Positions 49,326-61,290 of a stretch of DNA of 64,000 nt are shown here, in pieces. Location of the stretch: positions 19,096,001 to 19,160,000 of the forward strand of contig NC_043003.1 of NCBI RefSeq assembly GCF_006345805.1. The letters run 5' to 3'. Position numbers and translations under genes: made by a program. How positions within the stretch are numbered: position 1 is the stretch's first letter; each line of letters opens with the position of its first letter. The notes beneath the pieces were generated by a model that worked only from the letters and a program-made list of their open reading frames with translations, was not told the origin of the DNA and made no database searches. This DNA comes from Octopus sinensis. Lineage: Eukaryota.

Positions 49326-49704
49326 GTTTGGTACAAATTAGTTTAATGGACCCCTTATTAATTTTATCATGGAACACATAAGATTTTCAAAGGAAAAAAA
49401 AATTGTAGACCCTATGCTTATATTTTATGGAAAAGTCTTGCAAACCTGAATTTGAATGACATTAAATGAAACAAAACTTGTGTTAGGGAGAGAATTTATT
49501 CATATAAAAATTGTAAACTCATATATTTTGAAGATGGTGCAAGCATGAACTGTGTAGTTAAGAAGTTCACTTCTCAACCACATAGTTTTGGATTCAATCC
49601 TACTGCATGGCACCTTTGACATGTGTTTTTTACTATAGCCCTGGGACAATCAAATCCTTATCAATGCATTTGGTAGATAGAAACTGAAAGAAGCCTATCA
49701 TGCA

Positions 49705-49736
<32 letters not shown>

Positions 49737-49953
49737 TCATCATCATCGTTTAACGTCCGCTTTCCATGCTAGCATGGGTTGGACGATTTGACTGAGGACT
49801 GGCAAACCAGATGGCTGCACCAGGCTCCAATCTTGATCTGGCAGATTTTCTACAGCTGGATGCCCTTCCTAATGACAACCACTCCGAGAGTGTAGTGGGT
49901 GCTTTTTATGTGCCAGTAGCACGAGGGCCAATTATATATTTATATACACACAC

Positions 49954-49984
<31 letters not shown>

Positions 49985-52741
49985 CATACATACACGTGTG
50001 TGTATCCTTTTCTTGACATTGTGTGAGAGTTGTAAACGTTTGTTAATGTCATACAAGCAGTATCATTCATTTCTAATATTCTGTGGAAACTTGTCTAGTC
50101 ATGGAGGAAATATTACCTTAGTTGGAAATAGGTGAGGGTTGGCAACTAAAAGGGCATCTGGCCATCGAAAATCTGCCAATCAATGTAAGCATGGACAAGT
50201 GGACATAAAATGATGATGATAAATACACACACACAGTGGACCAAAAGTCACAAAGTCTGACTGCATATTGTTAAGTGTGCATAAAACCCAGTGGCTTCAG
50301 CAGTTGCATCAACTGCGTTTTTAAATTTCATGGCTTTTGATTCATTGTGTGTGTGTGTGTGTGCGTGCGCATGCGTGTGTATTTATATCTCTTTGTCTTG
50401 ACATAAGATAGATGTAAACAAGTGTCACTGTCAAGCAAGCAGTGTTATTTATTTTCAGTCTTCCATGAAAATGAGCCCAATCAAGGGGAGATATTAGCTC
50501 GTTTGGAAATAGGTGAGGCTTGGTGACAGGAAGGGCATCCAGCTGCAGAAAAACCTGCCCTAAGGAATACTGATTGACCCATGCAAGCATTGAAAGGTGG
50601 ATGTTAAGGTGGTGGTGGTAGTTGTGGTGGATATCGGTTTGTATAAAATACAGTTTTTAAAAGACAAATTTCTTTGAGGAGCCCCAGAATTTTTGCACAG
50701 AATGTAGTTTGAGAAAATTTGGCCTTGTGGTTAAGAAATAAAGGGTCTTTGATTAAATCCAATTTCATATTATGTAAATATGCAGCAATTAGATATTTGA
50801 TGGCCATCAGAGAGTAAACCTTTTAAATCATGTTGATATATAAGCATCCTCGCATAAGGCTTTGGTTGACCTGGGGCTATAATAGAACATACTTGCTCAT
50901 GTGACACCTTGGACAAGAGTCTTCTACTATAGTGCTGGACCAACCAAAGCCTTGTGAGGGGATTTGATAGATGGAAACTGAAAGAAGCCTATGTGTGTGT
51001 GTGTATATACATATATATATATATATGTGTGAGTGTGTGTGCCTGTGTATGTATATGTGTGTGTGTGTATATATATTTATATATATATATTTTTTTTATT
51101 TATTTATTTATGCGCCCTTTTCAAGCCTAGCCAGGCTCACAGGCCCAGTTTCTGTGGCATATGTGTTCCCCCCTAACTGGACGGGACGCCAGTCCATCGC
51201 AGTGTTACTCAAGAAACAGGAAGAGAGAGTGAGAGAAAGAGTACAACAGGGGTTGCCACCACCCCCTGCAGGAGCCTCGTGGAGCTTTAGGTGTTTTCGC
51301 TCAATAAACACACACAACGCCTAACCACTGGGCCATTGTACCTCCACAGAAAATAAATGCGCCCTTTTAAAGCCTAGCCAGGCTCATGGGCCCGATTTTC
51401 CAGTTTCTATGGTGCATGTGTTCCCCAGCTGGAAGGGACGCCAGTCCATCGCAGCGTTACTCATTTTTGCCAGCTGAGTGGATTGGAGCAACGTGAAATG
51501 AAGTGTTTGCTCCAGAATACAACACGTCACCCGGTCCAGGAATCGAAACCACAATCTTACGATCATGAGTCCAACACCCTAACCACTAAGCCACATGCCT
51601 CCACATATATATATGAGTGTGTGTGTTTCCTTGTTTTGTCTTCACGTGATAGAAGTAAAATTATTGCCACTGTCATACGAGCAGTGTTATTTATTTCCAA
51701 TATCCTGTGAGGACGTTTGACCGTGAGGGGAAATATTTACTTTGTTGGAAACAGATAAGGGTTGGTAACAGGAAGGGCATTTGGCCTTAGGAAAATCTGC
51801 CTCGATAAGTTAATTCTGATCCATACAAGCATTGAAAAATGGGCGATAAGGATGATTTGTATATCTATATTCTTGCATTAAGGTTAATGGTCAGGAGATA
51901 TTGTAATATTAACAATTCATTTTGAATAGTTAATATTCAGGATAAATTTCAGAATTCTAAAAAACAGTCAGCTTTGATAACAATAAATCAAAAGAAAAGT
52001 TTGTTGAATATCAAATAAATTTAACTGTTGCACAGCTATTAAATTTATTCAACTTGCTTTCCTTTAACATTTAGGTGGAGAAGGCTAGCCACTGGATTTG
52101 GTTAAAAAGAGACGATGAGCAATGGCTAGAAGAATATTGAGCTTTATTTGATAACCAGTTGATCTAGCAAGCAGGGCTTCATATCAGTGAGGGGGGCCGG
52201 TGCGCATTGATGCCGTCGAGAGGTAGGCCCCGAAACAGCGCGCATTCTCTCCTGATGACCCCATACACTTGCTGGCTTCCGGTATGCAGAGTTTTTGACT
52301 GGTAGCACTTGCATGTGCAAGTTGTTTGCAGGACATGCTAACCATAAAATACACTATTCATTGTTAAAACATTCCCTGCAGATTCAAATGTAAATCTCTT
52401 TGCTGGTAGTCTTTGTCCAGAGAGCACTATCTCCCTTTACATGGAATATGTTCATAATACACATTTCAGTGGTTCACCAGTGTAAGGAGACTTTGAGAAA
52501 CAAAAGTGTTTTGGCCTTGTTGTGTGTTTCTTCAGCAAATAATTTGTTTGCTGATTCCTATAATCAAGGCGTAGGAGTGGCTGTGTGGTAAGTAGCTTGC
52601 TTACCAACCACATGGTTCCGGGTTCAGTCCCACCGTGTGACACCTTGGGCAAGTGTCTTCTACTATAGCCTTGGGCCGAGCAAAGCCTTGTGAGTGGGTT
52701 TGGTAGACAGAAACTGAAAGAAGCCTGTCATATACATGTAA

Positions 52742-52775
<34 letters not shown>

Positions 52776-55700
52776 ATGTTTGTGTGTCTGTATTTGTCCC
52801 CCCAACATCGCTTGACAACTGATACTGGCGTGTTTATTTCCCCGTAACTTAGCGGTTCGGCAAAAGAGACCGATAGAATAAGTACTAGTCTTACAAGGAA
52901 TAAGTCCTGGGGTCGATTTGCTTGACTAAAGGCAGTGCTCCAGCATGGCCACAGTCAAATGAGATCATACTCTTGTTAAATTCATTGATCCAGAGGAGTA
53001 GCTTTGACCAAAGGGATATGCAATGAGATCAAAATACTATAATGTTTTCAAGTACGAGTGGCTGTGTGGTAAGTAGCTTGCTTACCAACCGCATGGTTCT
53101 GGGTTCAGTCCCACTGCATGGCACCTTGGGCAAGTGTCTTCTACTAAAGCCTCAGGCCGACCAAAGCCTTGTGAATGGATTTGGTAGACGAAAACTGAAA
53201 GAAACCTGTTGTATATATATATATATATATGTGTGTATGTGTATATGTTTGTGTGTCTGTGTTTGTCCCTCCCAACATTGCTTGACGACCGATACTGGTG
53301 TGTTTACATCCTCGTAGCTTAGCACTTCGGCAAAAGAGACCAATAGAATAAGTACTAGGCTTACAAAGAATAAGTTCTAGTGTCGATTTGCTCAACTAAA
53401 GTCGGTGCTCCAGCATGGCCGCAGTCACATGACTGAAACAAGTAAAAGAGTAAGTCCACTTGTGTGTTATTTTGAACACAATACATTGTCTGAAGATTGG
53501 AGGTGTCCTGCATTGACATAAAACACCAGTGATTAAATATTCATGTTCAAATCTGCCAAAACATATTAAGAATGAATAGGTATCTTGTTACTTAGATCTT
53601 GCTTGCACCTATTGCTTACTCCAGCCCTGGAAAGATTTGAACTCAACACTGCAAGCTTTTATATAAATTCCTGAGTTGTCTCTCCTACCATTCTTGCAAA
53701 GAATCAAAAAGTTTTTTGTTTTTTTTACCTCATTATTATGAGTGTAATTTTAATTAATTAAACTAGAAATTTCTTGGCTCACTTTATTGACATATTTAAA
53801 GGTGACAAACTGGTAGAATTGTCAAGGCATCAGACAAAATGCTTAGTCACATTGCTTGTGGCTCTTCACATCTGAGCTCAAATTCCACTGAGGTTAACTT
53901 TGCTTTTCATCCTTTTGGCGGTCAGTAAAATAAGTACCAGTCGAACATTGATTGGGAGGATGGGGGGGGGGGTCGATGTACTCTCACAAATTTGCTGGCC
54001 TTGTGTCAAATTTAGAAAGAATATTACTATATTTAATATAGCCAATACTAAAATATTTTTAAATATTAAAAAATATTAGGAATAATTAAGTGATGAGAAA
54101 AAGATAAAATTAATCATTAGCAATTAATACTATTTTAATTAGGCATCTTATTAGACATCTATGGCAAACCATAAACATCACCGTACTTGCCAAAGTAGAG
54201 ATAAGAGAATTCCTATGTAGAAGCACAATGTGGTAGACAGTAGAAGCAGAGGCCCTCTGTCAGTTATAATGACAAGTGTTACAGGTGACACAAACAACTG
54301 AACCACCTGTTCATGAAATTAACATGCAACTAGCTGAGCACTCCACAGTCACATGTACTCTTAACGCTGTCTCAGGGAGATTCAGTGTGACAAGGCTGGC
54401 CCTTTCAACTACTGGTACATTTCACTTTTGCCAACAGAGTGAACTGGAGCAATGAGAAATAAAGTGTTTTGCTCAAGAACATAATGTGCTGCTGGAAATC
54501 AAACTCACTATCTTACAATCATGAGCTGAATACTCTAACCAACTAAAAAACTACATTTCTTCTCAAGTAGGAGCAGAGATTTTGCATATTTTATAGAATA
54601 GCCACTAAGTAGAAAGGCGGCGAGCTGGCAGAAATGTTAACACGCTGAGCGAAATACTCAGTGGTATTTTGTCTGCCGCTACGTTCTGAGTTCAAATTCT
54701 GCCAAGGTCGACTTCGCCTATCATCCTTTCGAGGTTGATTAAATAAGTACGAGTTACGCACTGGGGTCGATATAATAGACTTAATCCATTTGTCTGTCTT
54801 GTTTGTCCTTTCTGTATTTGGCCCCTTGTGGGTAATAAAGAAATAGGTATTTTGTCTGCTACTACATTCTGAGTTCAAATTCCACCGAGGCCAACTTTGC
54901 CTTTCATCCTTTTGGGGTCGATAAATTAAGTACCAGTTACGCACTGGGGTCGATATAATCGACTTAACCTGTTTGTCGGTCCTTGTTTGTCCTCTCTGTA
55001 TTTAGCCCCTTGTGGGTAGTAAAGAAATAGATATGGCAACTGAAACTGGCTCAAGGTGGCTGGGGATGACAAGATTTCAGATAGAACCCTTCTGTTGGTG
55101 AGAACTAATTCAGTCTTTGCTACCTCAGTTAGGCAAAATGAAGAGGCTAAGGGATGAAGTGTTTGTGAGCCTGAGATACTTGGTTAAACATAGGGGTTTC
55201 TGACATTACGATGAATTCAGAAGAAACACTTGTAATACCTCTGAAGAGCTCCTGCAATTTCTGTGTGGAGCAAAGCAACTCTGATGTTTATTTTGCTTGA
55301 GAGTAATGACTATTGAATAAAGATTTATTGCTGTTGTTGAATGTTGATTGAGCAGACCCATAACCAAAGGCATTTTAGCCATGTTTCTCCCATCTTTGTT
55401 TTCATTTTTCCTTCTCTTTCTCAGACATTGTATTCAGCCACTGATGCTGAAAAGTGTCAGAAATGGTGCAGTGCTCAATTAGATTCTCAAAAGGATTTGG
55501 CTTTCCTTTGTTTCTGTCCTAGTTCAAACCCTGCCTTAGTCAACTTTGTCTTTTACCCCCTCAGGGATCTATGAAATAGGTTACTAATCTTGAAATACAT
55601 TTTATTTGATATACATCAACTGTATCCCACCCACCTCCAAGTTTATAAAGGGGAGGTCTTACAGTAGTCCTAGTGCATGCATACAGTCGAATAGATAGGT

Positions 55701-55780
55701 GTATCCCATTGTGGACTTAGCCAGCAAGAGTTAAGCGACATGGTCATAGATAGAACACAAAGCTCATAACTTATCGACTA

Positions 55781-56151
55781 TTGACCATTCAATTTGACCA
55801 TTCAATTTGACCATCAATTTGACCATTCAATTTGACCATTCAATTTGACCATTATTTGACCATTCAATTTGACCATTCAATTTGACCATTCAATTTGACC
55901 ATTCAATTTGACATTCAATTTGACCATCAATTGACCATTCAATTTGACCATTCAATTTGACCATTCAATTGGACCATTCAATTTGACCATTCAATTTGAC
56001 CATTCAATTTGACCATTCAATTTGACCATTCAATTTGACCATTCAATTTGACCATTCAATTTGACCATTCAATTTGACCATTCATTTGACCATTCAATTG
56101 ACCATTCAATTTGACCATTCAATTTGACCATTCAATTTGACCATTCAATTT
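55781..56151. repeat. 13-bp minisatellite (TTGACCATTCAAT) x about 28
   Basis: Near-perfect tandem units, several with single-base deletions. Confidence 0.95.
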
Positions 56152-56439
56152 GGCTTGGACACCTGCAAATAAAAAATACAAGTTTGTAAAGGAAAATGAT
56201 TTATATGATGTGAAAGAAATAATGATGAAGTCTCTAGACTTTTGAAGGATCTACATAAAATATTACTTCTGTTTTGTTTAATCTCTTGTTCCATTTTCCA
56301 TAAACAACGAATGCCTATCTTACTCTATTTTCCAGTATACAAGTCAATGTAGTATTTAGTATAAACACGTAGTGTAAACATTGAAACATCATTACTATCT
56401 TTTCAAATCCCTCTGAATTTCATAAGGAATTTTTGGTCC

Positions 56440-56533
56440 TCCAAAGTCATCTTGATATATAACTCGATCTACCTTTTTTTGACCCCAAATTTTGGTCTGA
56501 AAAATTCAGCTTATATGTGGGGTAAATATGGCC
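56440..56533 (-). mobile_element. pogo/Tigger-like DNA transposon terminus
   Basis: Minus strand CCATATTTACCCCACATATAAGCTGAATTTTT..GGGGTC, resembling pogo-type TIR starts from memory. No partner TIR found. Confidence 0.4.
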
Positions 56534-56928
56534 GTTTCAAAGTGTCATGAAGTGGAATTTAACAATGCAGACTCAACTAGTTTTCTCAGATTCTACTATT
56601 TTACTATGTTGATCAGTTTGAGCAATATTATATTTCAACAAGGGATTTACTCAAAAGATTAAAAAGCAAAAAATAAAGTAATAATTTTGTATCTTAATAA
56701 TAAAACACATAATCACTTTTTTTTCTCAAACCAAATTAACTAAAATGTTTTTGGTTGTGTTTTTTTTCTTTTTTCAAGTGGGGTCAACATTTTTTATTGA
56801 AATATTTTGTGTGTCAATTCTCTTCTTGCATTTGTTTTCTGTTACATATTCTGATGAATTTCACATTTTATTGATATATCCATTCAATAACACTGCTGCA
56901 CATTTTTATCTAATATAGAGTATAATAG

Positions 56929-56961
<33 letters not shown>

Positions 56962-56989
56962 GAGAAAGAAGCAACAAGAATGGATTAGT

Positions 56990-57080
56990 TTTTAGTACAA
57001 TTGTTTCATACAAAGACAGGCTTTATTACAAGTTGCAAAAATTGCAGCAGATAAAAGTGTCCCGTACTCATCAGCTAAAA
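56990..57080 (-). ncRNA. type I hammerhead ribozyme, apparently intact
   Basis: Minus: TTTTAG-CTGATGA-GTACGGGACA..TGTCTTTGTAT-GAA-AC/AATT/GT-A^-CTAAAA. All core nucleotides present; stem III is the 8-nt palindrome ACAATTGT. Sits in an about 190-nt element between two (TA)n tracts. Confidence 0.85.
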
Positions 57081-57194
57081 TACATTTGAGTTCTCTAGAC
57101 ATCTTAGTGGGTGAGGTTATACTCATGAAATATTGGAGATAGTTCCATTAGAGGCAGATATATATATATATATATGCATAAACATATAACATAA

Positions 57195-57228
<34 letters not shown>

Positions 57229-57267
57229 CACACACATGCATACCTACATATATATGTATGTTTTTGT

Positions 57268-57318
<51 letters not shown>

Positions 57319-57399
57319 CGGGAGGCTATTTTCATTCTGATTTATTACTAATTTACTCATTTTTATGATAAACCATATCACATAGCTGCACTGACAAAT

Positions 57400-57900
57400 C
57401 ACCATTCCTAATGTCACCCTTCAGGGTATCTTTAGATTTTTAGATATACATTTTAGACAATACGAAGGTCTCGCAGAAAATACAAGCACTTGCGATGTTA
57501 CAAGTTTGCAGCAGCAGATGGACTGAATTTACAGATGGGCTGAGGACAATAATATGCAGTTTAATGCTAGAAGTTCCAAGCCCTGCACTACAAGCACCCA
57601 AAACTGAATGTAATACTCACAGGATACACTGGCCCATGGTGATTACAATTCCAGAACCTAATTCATTGCAGGACCTGAGTATCAACATGAGTGATGATAC
57701 CTCTTGCCAAGTGCACATTACCAAAATGTGCAGACTGCTGGCTGGTTGGCTGGATCCAGAGAACCGTCAGTACCAGAGAGAAGGAAACCATGATGGTCCT
57801 CTAGAGAAAATTCATCCTCAGCCACCTGGACTACTGCTCCCAGTTATGGCCATCCCACTGTAAAATTAACAGCAGACCATGAAGCATTCCAGTATTCCAA
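57400..57900 (+). mobile_element. CR1-like LINE RT C-terminal remnant
   Basis: SLQDLSINMSDD..VHITKM..AGW and, in a shifted frame, ETMMVL*RKFILSHLDYCSQLWP. Confidence 0.7.
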
Positions 57901-58324
57901 TAAAAAAATAACCCAAATACTAAACGAAAAATGATGGACCATCCCACTTGCACTGTGTGCGCACACACACACACAATCACACACATTCATATACCCCCTT
58001 TTACATACACACACATATATTCACACAGATTTGAAATGCTGTTTGATTTATTTTTTTCAGCGTAAAATTTTCATCATCCCACTACCAAGTGTGACATCAC
58101 TCCTTCCTTATTCATCTATCACCCTTCCTTTCTCATTCATAAACACAAGAGTATTATTATAGTAGATTATCTTGGTAACCATGGGAGCTATGGAAAAATA
58201 CAAAGCACAGCAACACCACCAGATCGTTCTACACATCTATGTAATTTTTACATGCAATTCCACCCTGTCCTTTGGCTGTGAATCCCAAGACAAGAAAGAA
58301 TCACCCATTTCAAATTTATATGTA

Positions 58325-59400
58325 TAGATGTATCTATCTATCCGCTCAGTCGATGTTGACTCTCGGTTACTCGATGGATCAGTGTCCTCCAATCAGTTCT
58401 ATCCTGGGCCGCTTCTTTCAGATTGGCTATGCCCATTCCGGTATCACTCTTGATGGTGTCAAGCCAACAGGTTCTTGGTCGGCCTCTTCCTCTCTTGCCA
58501 CTGACCATTCAGAGCATGATGTCCTTCTCCAGGGATTTTCTCCGCATAATATGACCAAAATATGCTAATCTATGCTTGGTGATCCTAGCTTCTAGTGACA
58601 TTTTCGGCCTGATCTGCTTAAGAACTTCTCCATTGGTGAGCCTCGCTGTCCATGGAATCCGTAGAAGTCTTCTCCAACATCAAAGCTCGAATGCATTAAG
58701 TCTCTTCTGGTCAGCTTTCTTTAGTGTCCAGGTCTTGCATCCATATGTTGCTATTGGGAAGACAATTGCATTCACCAATCTGCATTTGGTAGCGAGTCTG
58801 ATGTCTCTACTCTTCCAGACCCTGCTCATGCTGACCATTGCCTCTCTGCCTAGTACTATCCGCTGTCTTATTTCTGGAGTGCAGTCACCATCTCGATTTA
58901 TTCTGGAGCCAAGGAAGATGAAATCATCAACCACTTCGATCTCTTCATTATCGATCTTGATACTGATGTTTGTTGTGGCTGCTGTTGACATGATCTTCGT
59001 TTTCTTAACATTGAGGTACAGCCCAAATTTCTCACTCTCTTTCTTGACCAGCAGGACAAGATCCTCCAGATCTTTACCACTCTCCGCCAGCAGGGTTGTA
59101 TCATCTGCATAGCGAAGGTTATTGATATTTCTTCCTCCAATCCTCACTCCAATGCTGCTATCCTCCAGGCCTGCATTCCTCATGACCTTTTCAGCGTACA
59201 TGTCGAAGGCTGCTGGTGACAGGATGCAACCTTGCCGAGTGCCTTTTCCAATCTCAAACTAATCAGTGTCACCATATGGTGTCCGTACTGTAGCCTCTTG
59301 GTTTTGATAGAGTGATCTAATAAGCTGGATAAGGTGTTAAGGTGTTCCCATTTCCTCCAGATATTTCCATAACTTGTCATGATCAATTGTTGAAAGTGCA
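58325..59400 (-). mobile_element. 5'-truncated RTE (BovB-like) LINE: RT domain to 3' end
   Basis: IDHDKLWKYLEEMG..RQGCILSP..NNLRYADDTTLLAES..FLG..YGCKTWTLKKADQKRLNAFEL..YFGHIMRR. A few stops and frameshifts; (ATAG)n tail. Confidence 0.95.
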
Positions 59401-59500
59401 CTCCTGGTGCAGTGAATGGGGAAAGCTTTGTCTGCAATGTTTGCAGTTGTATATGCTTCTCAAGAGCAGGGCTCATTAGCCACCAACGGAGCCGCAAAGG
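59400..59500 (+). mobile_element. LINE C-terminal C2H2-like finger fragment
   Basis: ESFVCNVCSCICFSRAGLISHQRS. A similar decayed SRIGLHS piece lies on minus at about 45000-45130. Confidence 0.6.
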
Positions 59501-59780
59501 TACATGGCCTAGTGCTTAGAGCAGTGGACTCACGGTCGAGGGATCGCGGATTTGAATCTCAGACCGGGCAATGTGTGCATTTATGAGTGAAACACCTAAG
59601 CTCCACACAGCTCTGGCGAACTTCTGCTGACTCTTTTGCCACAACTTTCTCTCACTCTTTCCTCTTGCAGCTCACCTGCAACGGACCGGCGTCCAGTCCA
59701 GGTGGGAAACCTATATGTCAAGGAAACTGGGAAACCAACCCTTATGAGCCAGGCATGGCTTGAGAAGGAACAAACAACAA

Positions 59781-61290
59781 CCGCAAAGGCATTCAAAGAA
59801 GCAGGATACAACTCTAATATAAAATTCTTTAACTGTTATGAACACAATTATAATAATGATAATATAACAAGTGTTCCTAATAAAACTAATAATAAATCTG
59901 ACAGTGAAAATATGAATAATAATAATAAAAGACAATATAACAAACTAAATAAAGATAAAAACAATATAGTTTTTATTAATGATTACAATAATAATAGTAA
60001 TATTGATAATAAGAATATGAGCAATAGTAAAAAACATTGTAAAGTATACAAGAAGAGATATAATATACCTAAGAATAACAATTTAATACCAATGATATCT
60101 ACTAATAATGATAATATAAAAAACATAAAAAATAAAAGGGGTATTATATGGTTAATTATTCCATATGTGGCTCAAGTGATAACTAATAATATTAAGGAGA
60201 CACTTAAAATTGTAAAAATGTTTTTTTTAAAAAGGACAATAGTTATTCAAATATATTTTCCAGTAAAACCATAAGAGTAGGATACTCATCATTAAGAAAT
60301 GTAGGCAATATCATTTCCTCTATAAGTAATAAGAAATTAAATAATTATTATAATAGCATGATAAATGATAGCTCTAGCCATAATATAACCGATAGTGATA
60401 GAAGTCTTAATCAACATATAGAAAAATGTTCATGTTGTGATAAGACTAAATGTAAGCTCTCTAATAATTGTAATACCGATAATGTAATTTATAAATGTAA
60501 GAACATCATCATCGTTTAACGGCCGTTTTCCATGCTAGCATGGGTTGGACGGTTTGACCGGGTCTGGGAAGCCAGGAGGCTTCACCAGGTTCCAGTCTGA
60601 TCTGGCAGTGTTTCTACCGTGAGTGTAGTGGGTGCTTTTTATGTGCCACCGACACAGGTGCCAGGGGAGGCTGGCATCAGCCAATATATAAGGTTTATAT
60701 TGGATCAGCAGCTAATGAAATGAAAAAAAGAATATCCCAACACTACCAGACCTTTAAAAATTCCAATTTAAGTAAGTCCACAGGCTTAAGTAAATATATA
60801 TGGGAATTTAAATCTAGAAAAAGAGAGTACACCCTTAATTGGAGTATTATAGGTAGAGCCCACTCCTATAATATTGGGAATAAAATGTGTTTATTATGCA
60901 TAACAGAATTTATGAAACTACTACAGCCTACATTCAAAAACTGCAGCACCAATCCTAATGAAATTTGAAACACAAAATCCAAGCCTAAGGAGAAGGGTAA
61001 TGCTTGTGTGTTTCATATAATTTCATAGACCAAAATTACTGAATGGATCCTTATGATATTTGGAACTTAGATTCAATGCATAAGGGCGGGTATAATGCAT
61101 TATGTATGGTTTGAATTTCAGATGACTTATAGGTGCAGAATCCTATGAAAATTCATAAATTTTCGATGTTGATGAAATTTCAACCATGGGTTGACACATG
61201 TCAAGAAGTATTCTCAAAGTTTCCACTTCTCATGAGGATTCTAAGACACCCTGATGGGGGCCTTAACTCCCAAATTTTACTCACACAGCT
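59781..61290 (+). mobile_element. Penelope-like element remnant (RT thumb/linker, Cys-rich linker, GIY-YIG endonuclease, pLTR-like tail)
   Basis: AFKEAGY..KRGIIWLIIPY..IRVGYSSLRN..CSCCDKTKC..NVIYKCK[family B SINE 60504-60680]IYKVYIGS..KKRISQH..LSKYIWE..NWSII..CLLCITE. Confidence 0.85.

Noticed and set aside
55781-56151. CRISPR-like array
   Set aside because: Contiguous tandem units with no spacers, in a eukaryotic context.
59636-60274. 212-aa ORF as a novel Asn-rich gene
   Set aside because: A chimera of SINE D sequence read through into a Penelope-like ORF remnant.
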